Below are positions 51,774 to 64,000 of a stretch of 64,000 bases of DNA, one piece after another. The stretch spans positions 53,320,001 to 53,384,000 of the forward strand of contig JAGIQG010000016.1 of assembly GCA_024679065.1 (NCBI GenBank), read 5' to 3'. Each line of letters opens with the position of its first letter. Within the stretch, counting starts at the first letter, position 1. The stretch is from Sphyrna mokarran. Its lineage: Eukaryota. Made by a program: the position numbers and the translations under genes. The notes under the pieces were generated by a model, which was not told the origin of the DNA, did not search any database, and was given only the letters and a program-made list of their open reading frames with translations.

Positions 51774-53099
51774 ACTTATTTCCCAGTTTGCTATCTACAT
51801 AGGTGTTAACCTATTTATTATCAGATGTTGATTAAAAAATGGTCATAAAAAACATTTCATCTGCTAACATTTTGATTTGGTTTGATTTCATTTGATTTAT
51901 TATTTTCATGTATGTTAGTACACAAAGTATTGTTTCTTGCACACTACACAGATAGACATTGTTAATAGCAATCTTTCCAATTCTTAACCATAACAGGTAA
52001 ACAAATGGACTGTAAATGGGACCAAGATGATTTTCTATTTCAATTATTGTGAAATAAATTTTAAAGTTAATGATCATGCAAGAAATGTCAGTTTTGATAA
52101 AATTTTTGAGAAAGTCTTTGGGATGTCAAAAGTTGTACTTGGTCATCACTGGCTTTGGAACAAGGTTAATCTGCTTCTTTTATCGTTGTTATAGTGTCTG
52201 AGTGTGGCTGAGTATTTGCTGCCAAGGCAATCCCAATATGAAGCAGAAGCAGCTATGCGTTTACTTATTTACAGCTGTGCTGTAGAGGCTGCCTATGGAA
52301 TGGAAAACATGTATGGTATTTATTCAACTGTCATGCCATTGAGTCAGCAATAAGGACTTTGGGAATAGCTTCACATTTGTCATTAAATGTAATGGGTGGA
52401 ATTCTCCCAAGCTCCTATGCTGGTGAGTTTGATGGCAGGTGTGGGGAGAGAATACAGCGCAATTCCCAGAAATCAATTTACAGCAGGATCTTCCACGGGT
52501 GCCTGCCATGGTGGCTTGGAGAACCTGTCTGAGGCTGGCGTGAACCTCATTTGTATCCTCTTAATTGGATGTAGATGAAGGTCCAACGGCCCACGCCTGA
52601 GTCTCCGTGATGCCAGCAGGCATGAAACTTGTTTAGAACAATATGGCTTGGAGATGTCGGGATTCGCCTACGCCTCCAGAGTTCACAATGGAAGTGACCA
52701 GCAGCACCATAATAGTGGCCAGAGATCCATCTACAGGTGGACTTTCCCAATTCAGAGTCCATCTTCCCAGTATCAGGACCCATCTTCATCTTCAGGAGGT
52801 CCCTCTTCTGTTCTTACAGTGCTCCCACAAACCAGGGACTGTCTTTGCATTCCAGAATGATCCTGGAATAGTCAGCAGGGACTAAAAGCAGTGACCTTTA
52901 ATGCTTTATCCAGTGCAGCTGTACCTGGTAGTGAGTGGCTAAACTATTCACTTAACTCTCTATCGCTTGGACTTGAGAGTGGCGATGAGGGCCTTACTGG
53001 AAGGAATGTGTTTATTGGAGATTAGACTATCAAATATGGAGGTGTGGGTGTGGTTGAGTAAATCAGTAACTGAGAAATGTTATAGTGAATGGAAAGCCA

Positions 53100-53690
53100 A
53101 AGGTTAAAAAGCCAATATTTTGAAAGTGCAGTTGGAAGTACGTTAGGAGTGAACTTTTCCAGGGACAGATGCAGAAAGGGTTAGTTTTGGGACAGGGAAA
53201 GGGGATGAATTAGAGAATGATACAAGGAAGTGATCAGAGATGACCTCATCTGTGATTCATACAATGGGAGTAGTTAGACCATGTGAAATGGCAAGGTGTG
53301 ATTCTGAATATGGATTGGGGAATTTAAATGGGGGGAGAGATTTAGAAGGATGAGAGGGCAGTGAACTTTGGGGGAGAAAGACAGAGACAGAATGAGCATG
53401 ATGGATTGAAATGGAAGTTGAAATCACTGAGAAAGAAAAATTGCATGGTGCAGAGAATGAGAGAGGGAAGCAGTAAAGTTCTCTTGGTGAGAACATTATT
53501 AGGGTACTTGGGTGGGTAGTAGAAAACGATGAGAGGTGTGGAACAAGTAGGATGCCCAAAGGAAGAGTAAGTGTCAGGGCAGGAATGGGACAGACCTGGA
53601 TGTGCTTTGGGGATAGGAGCCATCCTGCCATTGTGATGACTTTGGCAGAGCGAGTGATGGAGGGTGATAGCCGAGAGAGAATTCATTTAA
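53100..53690 (-). mobile_element. L2 LINE AP-endonuclease domain fragment
   Basis: ORFs 53342-53686 and 53257-53631: VFYYPPK...FLSDFNFHFN (GDFN motif)...KFTAL...HLAISHGL. Confidence 0.7.
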
Positions 53691-54524
53691 GGGGAAAAGT
53701 GTTATTACCTCTCAGCCAGGCTTAACAAAATATATTTCAAATATTGTACTATGTTTTAAAGATGATTGTAGCAAATTAGGTACAGTGCATTATTGCTATT
53801 GAGAATAGTGTGAATTTTACAATAGTTGTACCGTGCGGGTAAGAGATTTTTTAAATGTAAATTGGTACAGGATGATTGAGCAGCAGAAGATGTGGCTCAA
53901 GGTTGTTAATGCTTATGTGAAAGGGGGTTGATGCTAGATGGTCTAAGAATTCACAAAACACTGGTTCAAAATAAAAAGAAACATAGTAATCTTTTGATAG
54001 TCAAGAATAAATGTAACCAAATTAGTTTTGAATATCTAAAAGGTAATGTAACTGACATAGGAAGCAGCATCTTTTCTGTAATGCAGGAGTCAGCATGGGG
54101 ACGGAACAAACTGCTCTTATATTAGCTGCTGTTGCTCACTGGCAAAGAGCAGGAACAGCTGGTGGGAGCACAATGTCTTTGCTTGAGCTGGATTAGCAGG
54201 CAGTGAATTGTCTCACATTGCTTGAATTTGACCCCAAGCACTAAAGAGGAGATTGTTTTCAGAGTGCTTACTGGTGAATTCTATTCTGCTAAGGCTGTAA
54301 AAAATACGTTTTTTTTTAAAAAAAGTGCTCTATTCTTCAAATAAATTCACTGACAGATGTCAAACTGCAGCCTAGACCTGGTGATTCAGATAGATTTAAA
54401 AGCTATTTGAAGAAGATCAGACAGCAATGATCCTTTTGTAAGCACTGCCATCAGAACGGTTAAATTGAGTCCTTCATTCTAGTGACGTTTGTCAAATGTT
54501 GATAGTGCAGAACAGCGGCCACAT

Positions 54525-54725
54525 TTAATGTTTATTTATTTGTGTCACACGTATGCTTACGTGAATACCGCAATGAAATTACGGTGAAAATTTCCTAGTC
54601 GCCACATTCTGGCATCTGTTTGGATACACTGAGGGAGCATTTTAACATGCACCTAACCAGCACTTCTTTTAGACTGTGGGAGGAAACCAACTCACCTGGG
54701 GGAAACCCACACAAACACGGAGAAA
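54525..54725 (-). mobile_element. HE1-like SINE 3' part, tail B
   Basis: TTTATTTATT...CCTAGTCGCCACATTCTGGC...GGAAACCCAC. Confidence 0.82.
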
Positions 54726-55127
54726 GCGTTTCAGTTCAATGCTGGAATTGTCAGCAAACACTTTCATACAATCATATGACATTCCTGCTGTTCTAACAAC
54801 ATAGCTTAATCCATCCAGTAGATAATGGCAACCAAACTTTTTAAGCAATCTCCATTATCATCACCAAGCATAATTTCTAGTTCATAACTTTTTGGGAGTG
54901 TAATTTTTCTCTTGAAAAAAGTTTATGAGCTTATATTCAGAAACAAAATTTACCCATTAACAGTTTAAAACATTTCTTTATATATCACTCAAATAACAGC
55001 AAGATACTACAGATGCTGGAAATCTGGAAAAAGTCAAGTTGTCATAAGATCTGTATGCAGATAGTGGTTAGTGAAATGGGACAGCACAATAGCCTGTAAT
55101 GAAAAGAAATCTGGTCTATCTGGCTAG

Positions 55128-55702
55128 CCATAGAGTCACAGAGGTTCATAGCATGGAAACAGGCCCCTTTTTCTGAAAACCTCTAAACTAATCCCAATTG
55201 TCCGCATTTGACCCATATCCCCCTTTACCCATGTTACCCATATAACTATCTAAATGCTTTTTAGAAGATAAAATTGTACCCACCTCTACTACTACCTCTG
55301 GTATCTTGTTCCAAATACTCACCACCCTCTGTGAAAAAAATTGCTTCTCTGAACACTTGTATCTCCCCTCTCTCACCTTAAACTTATGTCTTCTAGTTTT
55401 AGACTCCCTACCTTTGAGAAAAGATAGTGACTATCTACCTTGCCTATGTCCTTCATTATTTTATAGACATCTACAAGGCCACGCCTCAGCTCCAGAGAAA
55501 AAAGCCCCAGTCTATCCAGTCTCTCCTTATAACTTAATCCATCAAATTCTGGTAGCGTTTTAGTAAATTTTTCTGTATTTTTTTCTAATTTAATAATATC
55601 CTTTCTATAATAAGGTGACCAGAATTGCACACAATATTCCAGATGTGGCTTTACCAATGCTTCGTACAACTTTAACAAGACGTCCCAATTCCTGTATTCA
55701 AC
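55128..55702 (-). mobile_element. CR1/HER1-like LINE 3' end (same subfamily as 8997 and 39632)
   Basis: ORF 55373-55678 reads LYEALVKPHLEYCVQFWSPYYRKDIIKLEK...YKERLDRLGLFSLE. Confidence 0.92.
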
Positions 55703-55934
55703 ATAATAGATTTCCTCCCTGAAATATCCATCTAATTCTTCTCCAGCATATAAATACCTTCAGCTTTCACTACCTCTCTGAGCAGCCTGTTCTACTAATT
55801 CAGCATCCTCTGCATAAGCTTGCAGAATCTATTGTGCCAATACACCCTCAAACTTTTAAGCTCCTGTCTGTGTCTTCTGTTCTAGAATTTGTGGCGAGAA
55901 GAACTTAAGAGATAGAAGCAAGCAGAATTATACA

Positions 55935-56418
55935 ATTCTTATAGTGTAGGAGACCATTAGGTCCATTGGGCCTGCACCGGCCACAATCCCACCCAGGCCC
56001 TATTCTTGTAACCGCTCATATTTACCCTGCTAATCCCTCTAACATGAAGGTTAATTTAGCATGACCCAATAACCTAACCCACATACCTCTGGAGTGTGGG
56101 AGGAAACCAGAGCACCCGGAAGAATTGGTGGAGCAGTGATTTTTAAGGCGCGTCTTGATAAATACATGAATAGGATGGGAATGGAAGGATATGCTCCGCT
56201 GAAGGATATGGTGTTTTAGTTCAGTCAGGCAGCATGGTCAGTGCAGGCTTGGAGAGTCAAAGGGTCTGTTGTGTGCTGTAATTTTCTTTGCTGTTTTGAA
56301 ACATACACAGATACTGGGATAATGTGCAAACTCCACACAGACAGTGACCTGTGGCCAGAAGGGAACCTGGGTGCCTGGAGCTGTTGAGGCAGCAGTGCCA
56401 ACCACTGTGCCACCATAC
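55935..56418 (-). mobile_element. HE1-like SINE split by a + strand CR1 tail (about 56121-56297)
   Basis: Core breaks after GAGCACCCGGA and resumes at ACACAGATACTGGG; insert has TTTAAGGCGCGTCTTGATAAATACATG and a GGGTCTGTTGTGTGCTGT tail. Confidence 0.8.
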
Positions 56419-57187
56419 CGCCTGTCATTCAGCCTCTTGAACCTGGTCAACCATTCAATGAGATCATGGCTGATCTGAGGTGACTTTAACTCCACTTTCC
56501 TGCCTATTCCCCATAATCTTGACTCCCTTTGTCAATCAAAAATCCATCTAGCTCAGCTTTGAATATGTGCAGTGGCCAAGCATTCACTGCTTCCTGGAGA
56601 AAATTCCAGAGGGAACATATCCCTCATCTCTGCCTTAATTTTAAAACAGTGATCTCAAATATACTTTCCTCAGATCAATGTATCTGCTTAACAATCTTGA
56701 ACATTTAGGTAATACTTTCTCTTAGCATCCTTTACTCCAGAGTAATGTTAAGTGAATGGGTTGAGCATTTGTTCATTAACATTGCCAATTGTAAGTCTAG
56801 GCTTTGAATGTCAGGATCATAGAGGAAGAGAGCAGGGAAATTTCTTAGACAAAATAGCCTCTGAGTGAGCATGCTATTGGAAAATTTTAACAACAACTTG
56901 CATTTATATGGCATCTTTGGAATAGAACAAGATAGGAAATGCAACTACAAACAAATCTGTCTGCGTTCCACTGATTACTTCCTTGTATCGTTCTTCAATA
57001 TGTCCCCTTTTTCCCTCCCAGAACTATCCCCTTCTGCATCTGAACCTGGGGAAGTTCACTCCTAATTCACTTCAATATATTGGCTTTTAAACCTTTGGCT
57101 CTCTATTCACTATAACATTTCTCAGTTACCGATTTATTCAGCCACCCCTCATCTCCACATTTGATGGTCTATTTACATTCTTTTCTC

Positions 57188-57408
57188 TCACTGTCTGTGT
57201 GGGGTTTGCACATTCTCCCTGTGTCTGCTCCGGCTTCCTCCCCTAGTCCAAAGATGTGCAGGTTAGGTTGATTGGCCGTGCTAAATTGACCCCAGTATCA
57301 GAGGATTAGCAGAATATATATGCGGGGTTATGGGAATTAGGACTGCGTTCAGTGCAGTCTCAATGGGCTGAATGGCCTCCTTCTGCACTGTAGGGAATCT
57401 ATACTATG
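57188..57408 (+). mobile_element. 5'-truncated HE1-like SINE, tail A
   Basis: V-core plus GGGCTGAATGGCCTCCTTCTGCACTGTAGGG. Confidence 0.85.
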
Positions 57409-58194
57409 AAATGCTGAGAATCACTGACCATTGTTGACAAACCACATTTACAAACTCTGCTGATTATTACCTTTCACCGTACGCAGGTGTTCCACTGTTA
57501 ATGAAATGCACCCACCATGACACAGAACAGAATTTCAAATGAAAACTGCTCCATAAATTTATGCGTGACAATGTGATCCTTTGACCACCTTGAACCCTCA
57601 TTTCTGCTTAAAAAAGAAACCACTATCAGAATGGCAGCTATTTTGTGCACGTGAGCATGCGAACAATCTTACTGGTGGCTTGCATGTTGCTTTTCCTTCA
57701 AATGATCGCATTGGCACTCGGTGGGTGGCTGTAGGATATCAATGGATCTTTAAGATGGTAAAATAAGAATATAAAGTCCAAAGGCAACACATGACAGAAT
57801 TCACAAAGCCAAAAAAAAAAGAAAAATTGTAATTAGATCACAACTAACAGTGATTCACGTGCATAGTGTTGAGGCTGTATGATTTATTTCGGAGTAAGTA
57901 GATTTCTTTTGGATATTGCTTGCCCAAGTGTTCTTTTTTCTCTCAATTTCCCCAACAGCCTTTTCCTATCACTGCTCCTCTCTAAAAAACAGAGCTCATT
58001 AATGGGAGCTGATTCCACAGAGACCGCTGTCTCCCCCTCCAGAGCATTACACAGCTCATGCATGACAAAGTCACAAGTGAGCTTTGTCAGTCTCTTTCAC
58101 AGTCTGCCAAACGTTGTCAGTTCAATTTTGTCACAAAAGTGAATAGATTTTGTTCTGGTTTTGCTTTGGCCACGAGCAGTTCTGTGACACATGA

Positions 58195-58850
58195 AGCAGC
58201 TTGGTATGACTCCTTCTGTGCCCAAGACAGCAAAAAAACTACAGAGGATCATGAACAAAGCCCAATCCATTGCACAAACCAGCCTCCCATCCATTGACAC
58301 TATCTACACTTCCCACTGTCTCAGAAAAACAGTCAGCATAATCAAGGATCCCACATATCAGGACATATTCTGTGTCTGCGGGAATTTGCGCGTTCTCCCC
58401 ATGGTTGCGTGGGTTTTCTCCGGGTGCTCCGGTTTCCTCCCACATCCCAAAAATGTGCTCTTAGGCTGATTGGGTAACAAATTGTCCCTATATTGGTCTC
58501 TATATGTCATTAAGACGTTAGGATGGCGGCGCGGGCTCGTTGGGCCGAAGGGCCTGTTTCCCGTGCTGTGTTGTTCTTTGTTCTTTGTATTCTCTTCCAT
58601 CTTCATCCATCTGGAAAAAGATCCAGAAGCCTGAGGACATGTACCAATCAACTCAAGAACAGCTTCTTCCCTGCTGCCATCAGGTTTTGAATGGACCTAC
58701 CTTGCATTAAGTTGATCTTTCTCTATACCCTATCTATGATTGTATTACATTCTGCACTCTCTCCTCTCCTTTTCTGTACAATATTCTTTGTCTGTACAGC
58801 ATGCAAGAAACAATACTTTTCACTACATACCAACACGTGACAATAATAAA
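58195..58850 (+). mobile_element. Rex1/Babar-like LINE 3' end (host of composite SINE copy 3)
   Basis: AWY...KKLQRIMNKAQSIAQTSLPSIDTIYTSHCLRKTVSIIKDP, resuming at 58588. Confidence 0.82.
58372..58587 (+). mobile_element. Composite V-SINE derivative, copy 3 (5'-truncated, young)
   Basis: Flanked by TSD TATTCT (58366-58371 / 58588-58593); about 98% identical to 43821-44038. Confidence 0.88.
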
Positions 58851-58927
58851 TGAAGCCACATCCAATCAGCAACATTTATACATAAATATTTTAATATGTT
58901 TCTATTGTACTCTTGAGCATGCTATTT

Positions 58928-59230
58928 TAAGTTTAGAGTTTATTAATTAGTATCACAGGTAAGTTAAGATTGTAATTAACACTGCAATGAACATACGGTG
59001 AAAATCCCTCAGTCGCCACACTCCAGCAAGTGTTTGGGTGCACCGAGGAGGGATTTAATATGGCCAACACACCTAATCAGCATATCTTTTGGATTGTGGG
59101 AGGAAATTGGAGCACCTGGAAGAAACCCAAGCAGAGATGGGGAGAACGTGCAGACACTGCACAGACAGTGACCCAAGCTGAGAATTGAATCCGGGTCCCT
59201 GGAGCTGAGGCAACAGTGCTAATCAATGTG
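58928..59230 (-). mobile_element. HE1-like SINE, tail B
   Basis: Tail B, core and head in reverse. Confidence 0.87.
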
Positions 59231-59619
59231 AAATCATCTGCCAGGTGTTAAAAGGAATGCAGTATAACCACAATGAAAAGTTGTACATGAAATTTGTCAG
59301 TTGGAATTGTGACTCTGATACCAGTTATGATGCAGTAAGTTAATCATGGATTATCGCAATCTTTAGTCAACATCAGATTTTTTTTTTAACATGCACACAA
59401 AACATAAAAGGAATCAAATTGTTTCTCTTTCAAGGGCAAGTATGTAAACATCCTTGGATGCAAATTTCCTGTAATGTGCAACTTTGACTGCTGGGCCCAC
59501 ATATTCAGGAACATGAACATTACAATCTTCCATCAATTAAAATAAATAGACAAAGAAACTTGTGAACTCATGTGTATGAGGAACTAGGTGGTTACACATA
59601 TAATTACAAATGTGCAATC

Positions 59620-59730
59620 TCAGTGTTATTGTACTGAAGTGTCAGTCTAGATTTTATGTTGTTACAAGTCTCTGGAGTGGGGCGTGAACCCACAACCTTC
59701 TGATTCCAAGGCAAGAGTGAGCCGAGCCCT
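59620..59730 (-). mobile_element. tRNA-like head of a Deu-type SINE
   Basis: Reverse strand GAAGGTTGTGGGTTCACGCCCCACTCCAGAGACTTG. Confidence 0.55.
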
Positions 59731-60132
59731 TTTTTCAGCAGTTCATTTCACAAAGTGATTTTCTTAATTTGCTGCAAGTCTCCATTTCCTTTCCTGATTT
59801 TTGTTTCCTTTTTTTTCACCTTAGAGGTTATTATGTTCATGTGAATTTTGCCAGTGTGTGTGTGTGTGAAGAAGTCATTTGCCACTGGGACAACACTGCC
59901 AAGTCTGACTCAGTTCTCAATCTCACAGCCACATTTCATGTGATCTGCAGCACAAGATGTTGTCTTATTTTTATGAGGTAAGGGCCATTGCAGTCAATTG
60001 CACTGCTATTGATGCATTTGATGGAAAAGAAAAAGACTAAACTAGATTACATGCAGTAACTCAAACACATGTTGAGACAGCCATATGGTGCCTTTAGCTT
60101 TATAACTAAATGAGACACAAATTTTGTCGGTG

Positions 60133-60430
60133 AATCATAGAATCCCTACACTGCAGAAGGATGCCGTTTGGTGCATTGAGCCTGTACCGACAACAATCCC
60201 ATTCAGGCCCTTTCCACACAACCCCACAGATTTACCTTGCTAATTCCCTGACACAAAGGGCCAACTTACTGTGGCCAATCAACCTAACTTGCATATCTTT
60301 GGAGTATGGGAAGAAATTGGAGGAAACCCATACAGACACAAGGAGAATGTACACACTCTACGCATACAGATTGGAATTGAACTTGGGTCCCTGGCACTGT
60401 GAGGCAGCAGAGCCAGCCATTGTTCCACCC
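60133..60430 (-). mobile_element. HE1-like SINE, tail A
   Basis: GAATCATAGAATCCCTACACTGCAGAAGG tail through head. Confidence 0.88.
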
Positions 60431-60583
60431 AGATCTGTTACTGCTCGTTATTGTATTCGAAATAATAAGCTTTTGTCAGAAAATAAATGATCATTCAGAA
60501 ACTAGGAATACATGAGTTAACCCTCTGGTCTTTCATTTCTGGAACCCGGTTTGAAATAAGGCCAGAAAGAGTTGACAAAAGTG

Positions 60584-60603
60584 CTCTCTCTCTCTCTCTC
60601 TCT
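60584..60603. repeat. (CT)n microsatellite
   Basis: CTCTCTCTCTCTCTCTCTCT. Confidence 0.9.
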
Positions 60604-61149
60604 TAGATGGCTGTTAAGTGTTCTGTGCTAATTCAGCAAACTGCATTACTCTGAAGTCTCAAATCAAAGAATGCACAAGGATCTCTGGCACACAAAAAGA
60701 GAAAAAAAAAACACATATCTGAGGTTCAGCAAGTTAAAACATGCTTGATCAAGGAAACAGCTTTACATTGCATTCGAGTAGAGAACAAGCGTCTCAAGTG
60801 GAAAAATAATTCCTTTCCCAAGACAAGCAACAAAAACTACCTCAAATAAAATGACGGCTGCAAACTACAATGTTGATTTTTTTTGATCATGACGTGACCT
60901 TTGATTCTTTTGATGTGGATTGCTGGGAATCTGTTGGCCTGAAAATTTTGTGCGGTGACCAGGAAATGGGTGCATAGGTTTGATCTCGCCATATTGGGAA
61001 GGATTTGAAAAATATTTTCATGCCTGAAATTTTGCATAGACAGAGGGACTTGGGCATTTTTTGCAATCTTTCGTGGGAAGTTGACATCATTGACAAGGCC
61101 AACATGTGTTGCCCATCTGCCCCCCCCCCCCCGTAAATACGTTGCTTGG

Positions 61150-61432
61150 CCATTTCAGAAGGCAGTTAATTGTCAACCACATTGCTGTGAGTCTGGAATC
61201 ACATGCAGGCCAGACCCGGTAAGGATGGCAGATTTCTCTGCCTAAAAGACTTTAGTAAACCAGATTGGTTTTTACAACAATTGACAATGCTGTTATCATC
61301 ACCACTAGAGCTGATCGTGTTTATTGAATTCAATTTCAGCATCTGCTGTGGCGAGATTAGAACTTGAATCCCCTAGAGCAGTAACCTGAACTTCTGGATT
61401 ACTCGCCCAGTGACAAAACCGCTATGCCACTA
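61150..61432 (-). mobile_element. SINE family 2
   Basis: GTCAACCACATTGCTGTG...TTTATTGAATTCAATTTC...CTGGATTACT, reverse of 17345-17683. Confidence 0.75.
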
Positions 61433-62029
61433 CTTGTTTAAGGCACCCCTCTTAAAGATTGCTCATGGCAACTGGACTGAGGAATAGTGCCTGCTGGAAT
61501 CAACCATTGTAGTTTCCCATGATTACTTAGTAGAATTGTTCACACTCACTCCTTTCCTCAATCATAACTGCTCTGATCCCCACTTTTTCGAACCCTGGAT
61601 TTGAATTCATCTCTATTTACTTGAAGGCCACAGTGATAGCAGCATCGGCTCCACCTTGTGCATGATGGGCTCCCAATGCTGCACTTGCTCCATTACTATG
61701 AGGTACAAGTTCACTATGTGCAGCTGCAGGTCTCCTACTCACGTATGCCCAAACTTTGGACTCATGAAGAATTAAAGCACTAAATAAAGGCAAGTTCTTT
61801 TATTTTTGATGGACTATCCTCAACTTTAACTTTAGTAATAAAACTATCTTCCATCAGAGAGAGAATCTTTGCTTTCAATTTCTAACTTTTGCATTTGATA
61901 CATTTGAGGCACATTGAGATTCGTGTCAGATTCAGAATCAAGCCTCATTAGGTTCATGAGGCTTTAAAAGATCCTGCCAGTTTAGTCAGGATTTGATCTC
62001 TGGGTGCATAAATCTCATGCTACAGGAAC

Positions 62030-62186
62030 CAGTGCTTGGACTGTGAGAGAAAACCGGAGCACCTGGGGGAAAACCCATGCAGATATGAGGAGAACATGCA
62101 GACTCTGCACAGAGCGTGAGCCAAGCTGGGAATCGAACCTGGGTCCCTGGTGCTGTGAGGTAGCAGTGCTAACCACTGTGTCACCC
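62030..62186 (-). mobile_element. HE1-like SINE 5' half
   Basis: GGAATCGAACCTGGGTCCCTGG...GCTAACCACTG. Confidence 0.82.
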
Positions 62187-62329
62187 TAATGATTTTTCTT
62201 CCCTATCAGATGCACATCACATCTCAGCCCTCTTTAGCATGAAAGCAAAACACCACAAATTCTGGAAATCTGACGTAAAAACAGAAAATGCTGGAAATAT
62301 TCAATGGGCTTGCAGGCACTTGTTTGAGG

Positions 62330-62630
62330 AGATTGGCATTGTGGTAATGTCACCAGACTAGTAATCCACAGGCCCAGGCTGGGATATGAGCCCAAATCCC
62401 ACCATGACAGCTGGTGGAATTTCAATTCAATTAAATCTACAGTTGGAAGCGAGAATCAGTGATAGTAGCTACTTGTCACCCAGCATTGGGAAATCAGCTT
62501 TCCTATCTGTTCTGGCTTACATGCGACTCCAGACCCGCATTGATGTGCATGATCCTGAACTGTTTTCTGAGATGGCCTAACTCAGGATAGGCCTTACCAG
62601 TGACACATACATCCAATGAAAGAATAGAAG
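62330..62630 (+). mobile_element. SINE family 2 (diverged)
   Basis: TGGCATTGTGGTAATGTCACCAGACTAGTAATCCA...GGTGGAATTTCAATTCAAT. Confidence 0.7.
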
Positions 62631-63280
62631 AAATCAGAGCTCAAGTTGAGGAACTCTGATGATACAATTAATCCTTTCGGGGAATTCCCTATTTCTCTCT
62701 CCACCAATGTAGCCAGAGCAATATCGCACCTCCCCAGTTTGTGCAGCAACTTTATTGGATTATAAATGGTGCAAATAATTTCAGAATCTTGTTTTACATG
62801 AAGGCAAACTTACTGTTTAACTGGAATGAACTAATTTTCCATCCTGCTATACATATAATTACACTACTTGGCAGATTTTGATTAACAATAAACTGCAACT
62901 AATAAACGATAAGTAGATTATATATAAAGACAATTGAAATTCTTTCTATATACATCCTGTCCTGGCTCTAATTTAGTGTTTGAACTTCTGAAACTACAAC
63001 GTACTTCAAATGGGTATCTTTACAGCTGACCCTTGTCAAAAATACAGAAGTCGTTAGCAAAATAAAACGCATTTAGGAAATTTGCTAATTTGCTTGCTGA
63101 CTAATGAGTTGTGTGCCGGACACAGGGCTTCTTTACATAAGCGATTTATTTTAAATCTTTGAAATGATTATACACTGTTCAGGGGTTAATGTATTTTTAA
63201 AAAATGCAACTTGGGAATCTCAAACATATTACCAAAATAACAGGAAGCAACACCAAACCATTTAGAAAAGGCAGATTGTG

Positions 63281-63298
63281 GTTGCTATGGTGACGTAA
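63281..63298. promoter_or_regulatory. RFX X-box-like motif overlapping a CRE/ATF-like site
   Basis: GTTGCTATGGTGAC (63281-63294) overlapping TGACGTAA (63291-63298). Confidence 0.35.
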
Positions 63299-63894
63299 CC
63301 TGGTGAGTTCACTTCCTAAGGAAAGGCTCAGCTGCATCTTTCCCTTTATTTCCATTTTTTCAGTTGAAAACACTCTGGATTGTGTTCAGAAATGTGCTGA
63401 AGCCCTATCCTTGCTGATTGAGGCACATTAAATAATCCCTTTGTTGTCAAGTTCCACTTGCCAGGGCTACAGCTATTGCATCAGACACAACACACAAGCA
63501 TCCTTCATTAAACTCTTTACTCTGAGATTTCTCTGAGCATTTCAGTTCCACGGCACTTACTATTTCAAATCACAACATCCATTTCCAGAGTCACAGAGTG
63601 AAACCAGAGTCAAGTTCTGCTTTTCTTGTACAAAATTTCTTGTTTTTCACTGGTTTGCAAAGAGAATGCTGTTTGAATCCAGGCACATTGGTTGACACTG
63701 ACAAAATAGGTCACCACAATTTCCATTACACAGAGTTATGAGATTCTCCAGAATTGTTTTTAATCAGTGTTTTGACTGATTGATAATAAAAATCAGGATC
63801 AAATAAAAGGTGTTGCATGAGGAGTAATGGCTTAGCTGTAAACTAAAGTTGTCCGAAAGGATAGTTTTGTCCTGCTGCACTTATATTATTTGGA

Positions 63895-64000
63895 ATCAAA
63901 GATTCCCTACAGTGCACAAGGCCATTTGGCCCATCAAGTCTGCACAGACTCTGACGGAGCATTTTGCCCAGGCCCTAGCCTATAGCCTCGTTTATTTATC
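63895..64000 (-). mobile_element. HE1-like SINE tail A (cut by window end)
   Basis: CCCTACAGTGCAC...GGCCATTTGGCCCATCAAGTCTGCAC. Confidence 0.8.

Noticed and set aside
58063-58089. Hairpin TGACAAAG-TCAC-AA-GTGA-G-CTTTGTCA
   Set aside because: Too short for a pre-miRNA, single copy, and plausible by chance in 64 kb.
48-62189. Recurrent peptides such as CGRKPEHPEETH and VWVSSGCSGFLP suggesting a gene family
   Set aside because: They are translations of the HE1/V-SINE core on either strand.

Overview
Eukaryotic, repeat-dense vertebrate DNA, most likely from a shark. The inference rests on about 30 copies of HE1/V-SINE-like tRNA-derived SINEs, Deu-domain SINEs (SacSINE1-like), CR1/HER1-like, L2, Rex1-like and Tx1/L1-like LINE fragments, PIF/Harbinger-type MITEs and Myb/SANT remnants, and a Penelope-type minimal hammerhead remnant. 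I recognise no host protein-coding exon, rRNA or tRNA gene, so the window reads as a large intron or intergenic region. The ORFs I can identify are repeat-derived. The most notable item is a composite V-SINE-derived retroelement in three copies (43.6-44.0 kb +, 48.2-48.8 kb -, 58.4-58.6 kb +). Two copies differ at only 4 of about 218 nt. The Pol III A/B boxes are degenerate or deleted, and a 5' extension of at least 150 nt folds into hairpins showing a compensatory base-pair change between copies. Family names come from recognising motifs by eye, not from database searches, and repeat boundaries are approximate (about 10-30 nt).
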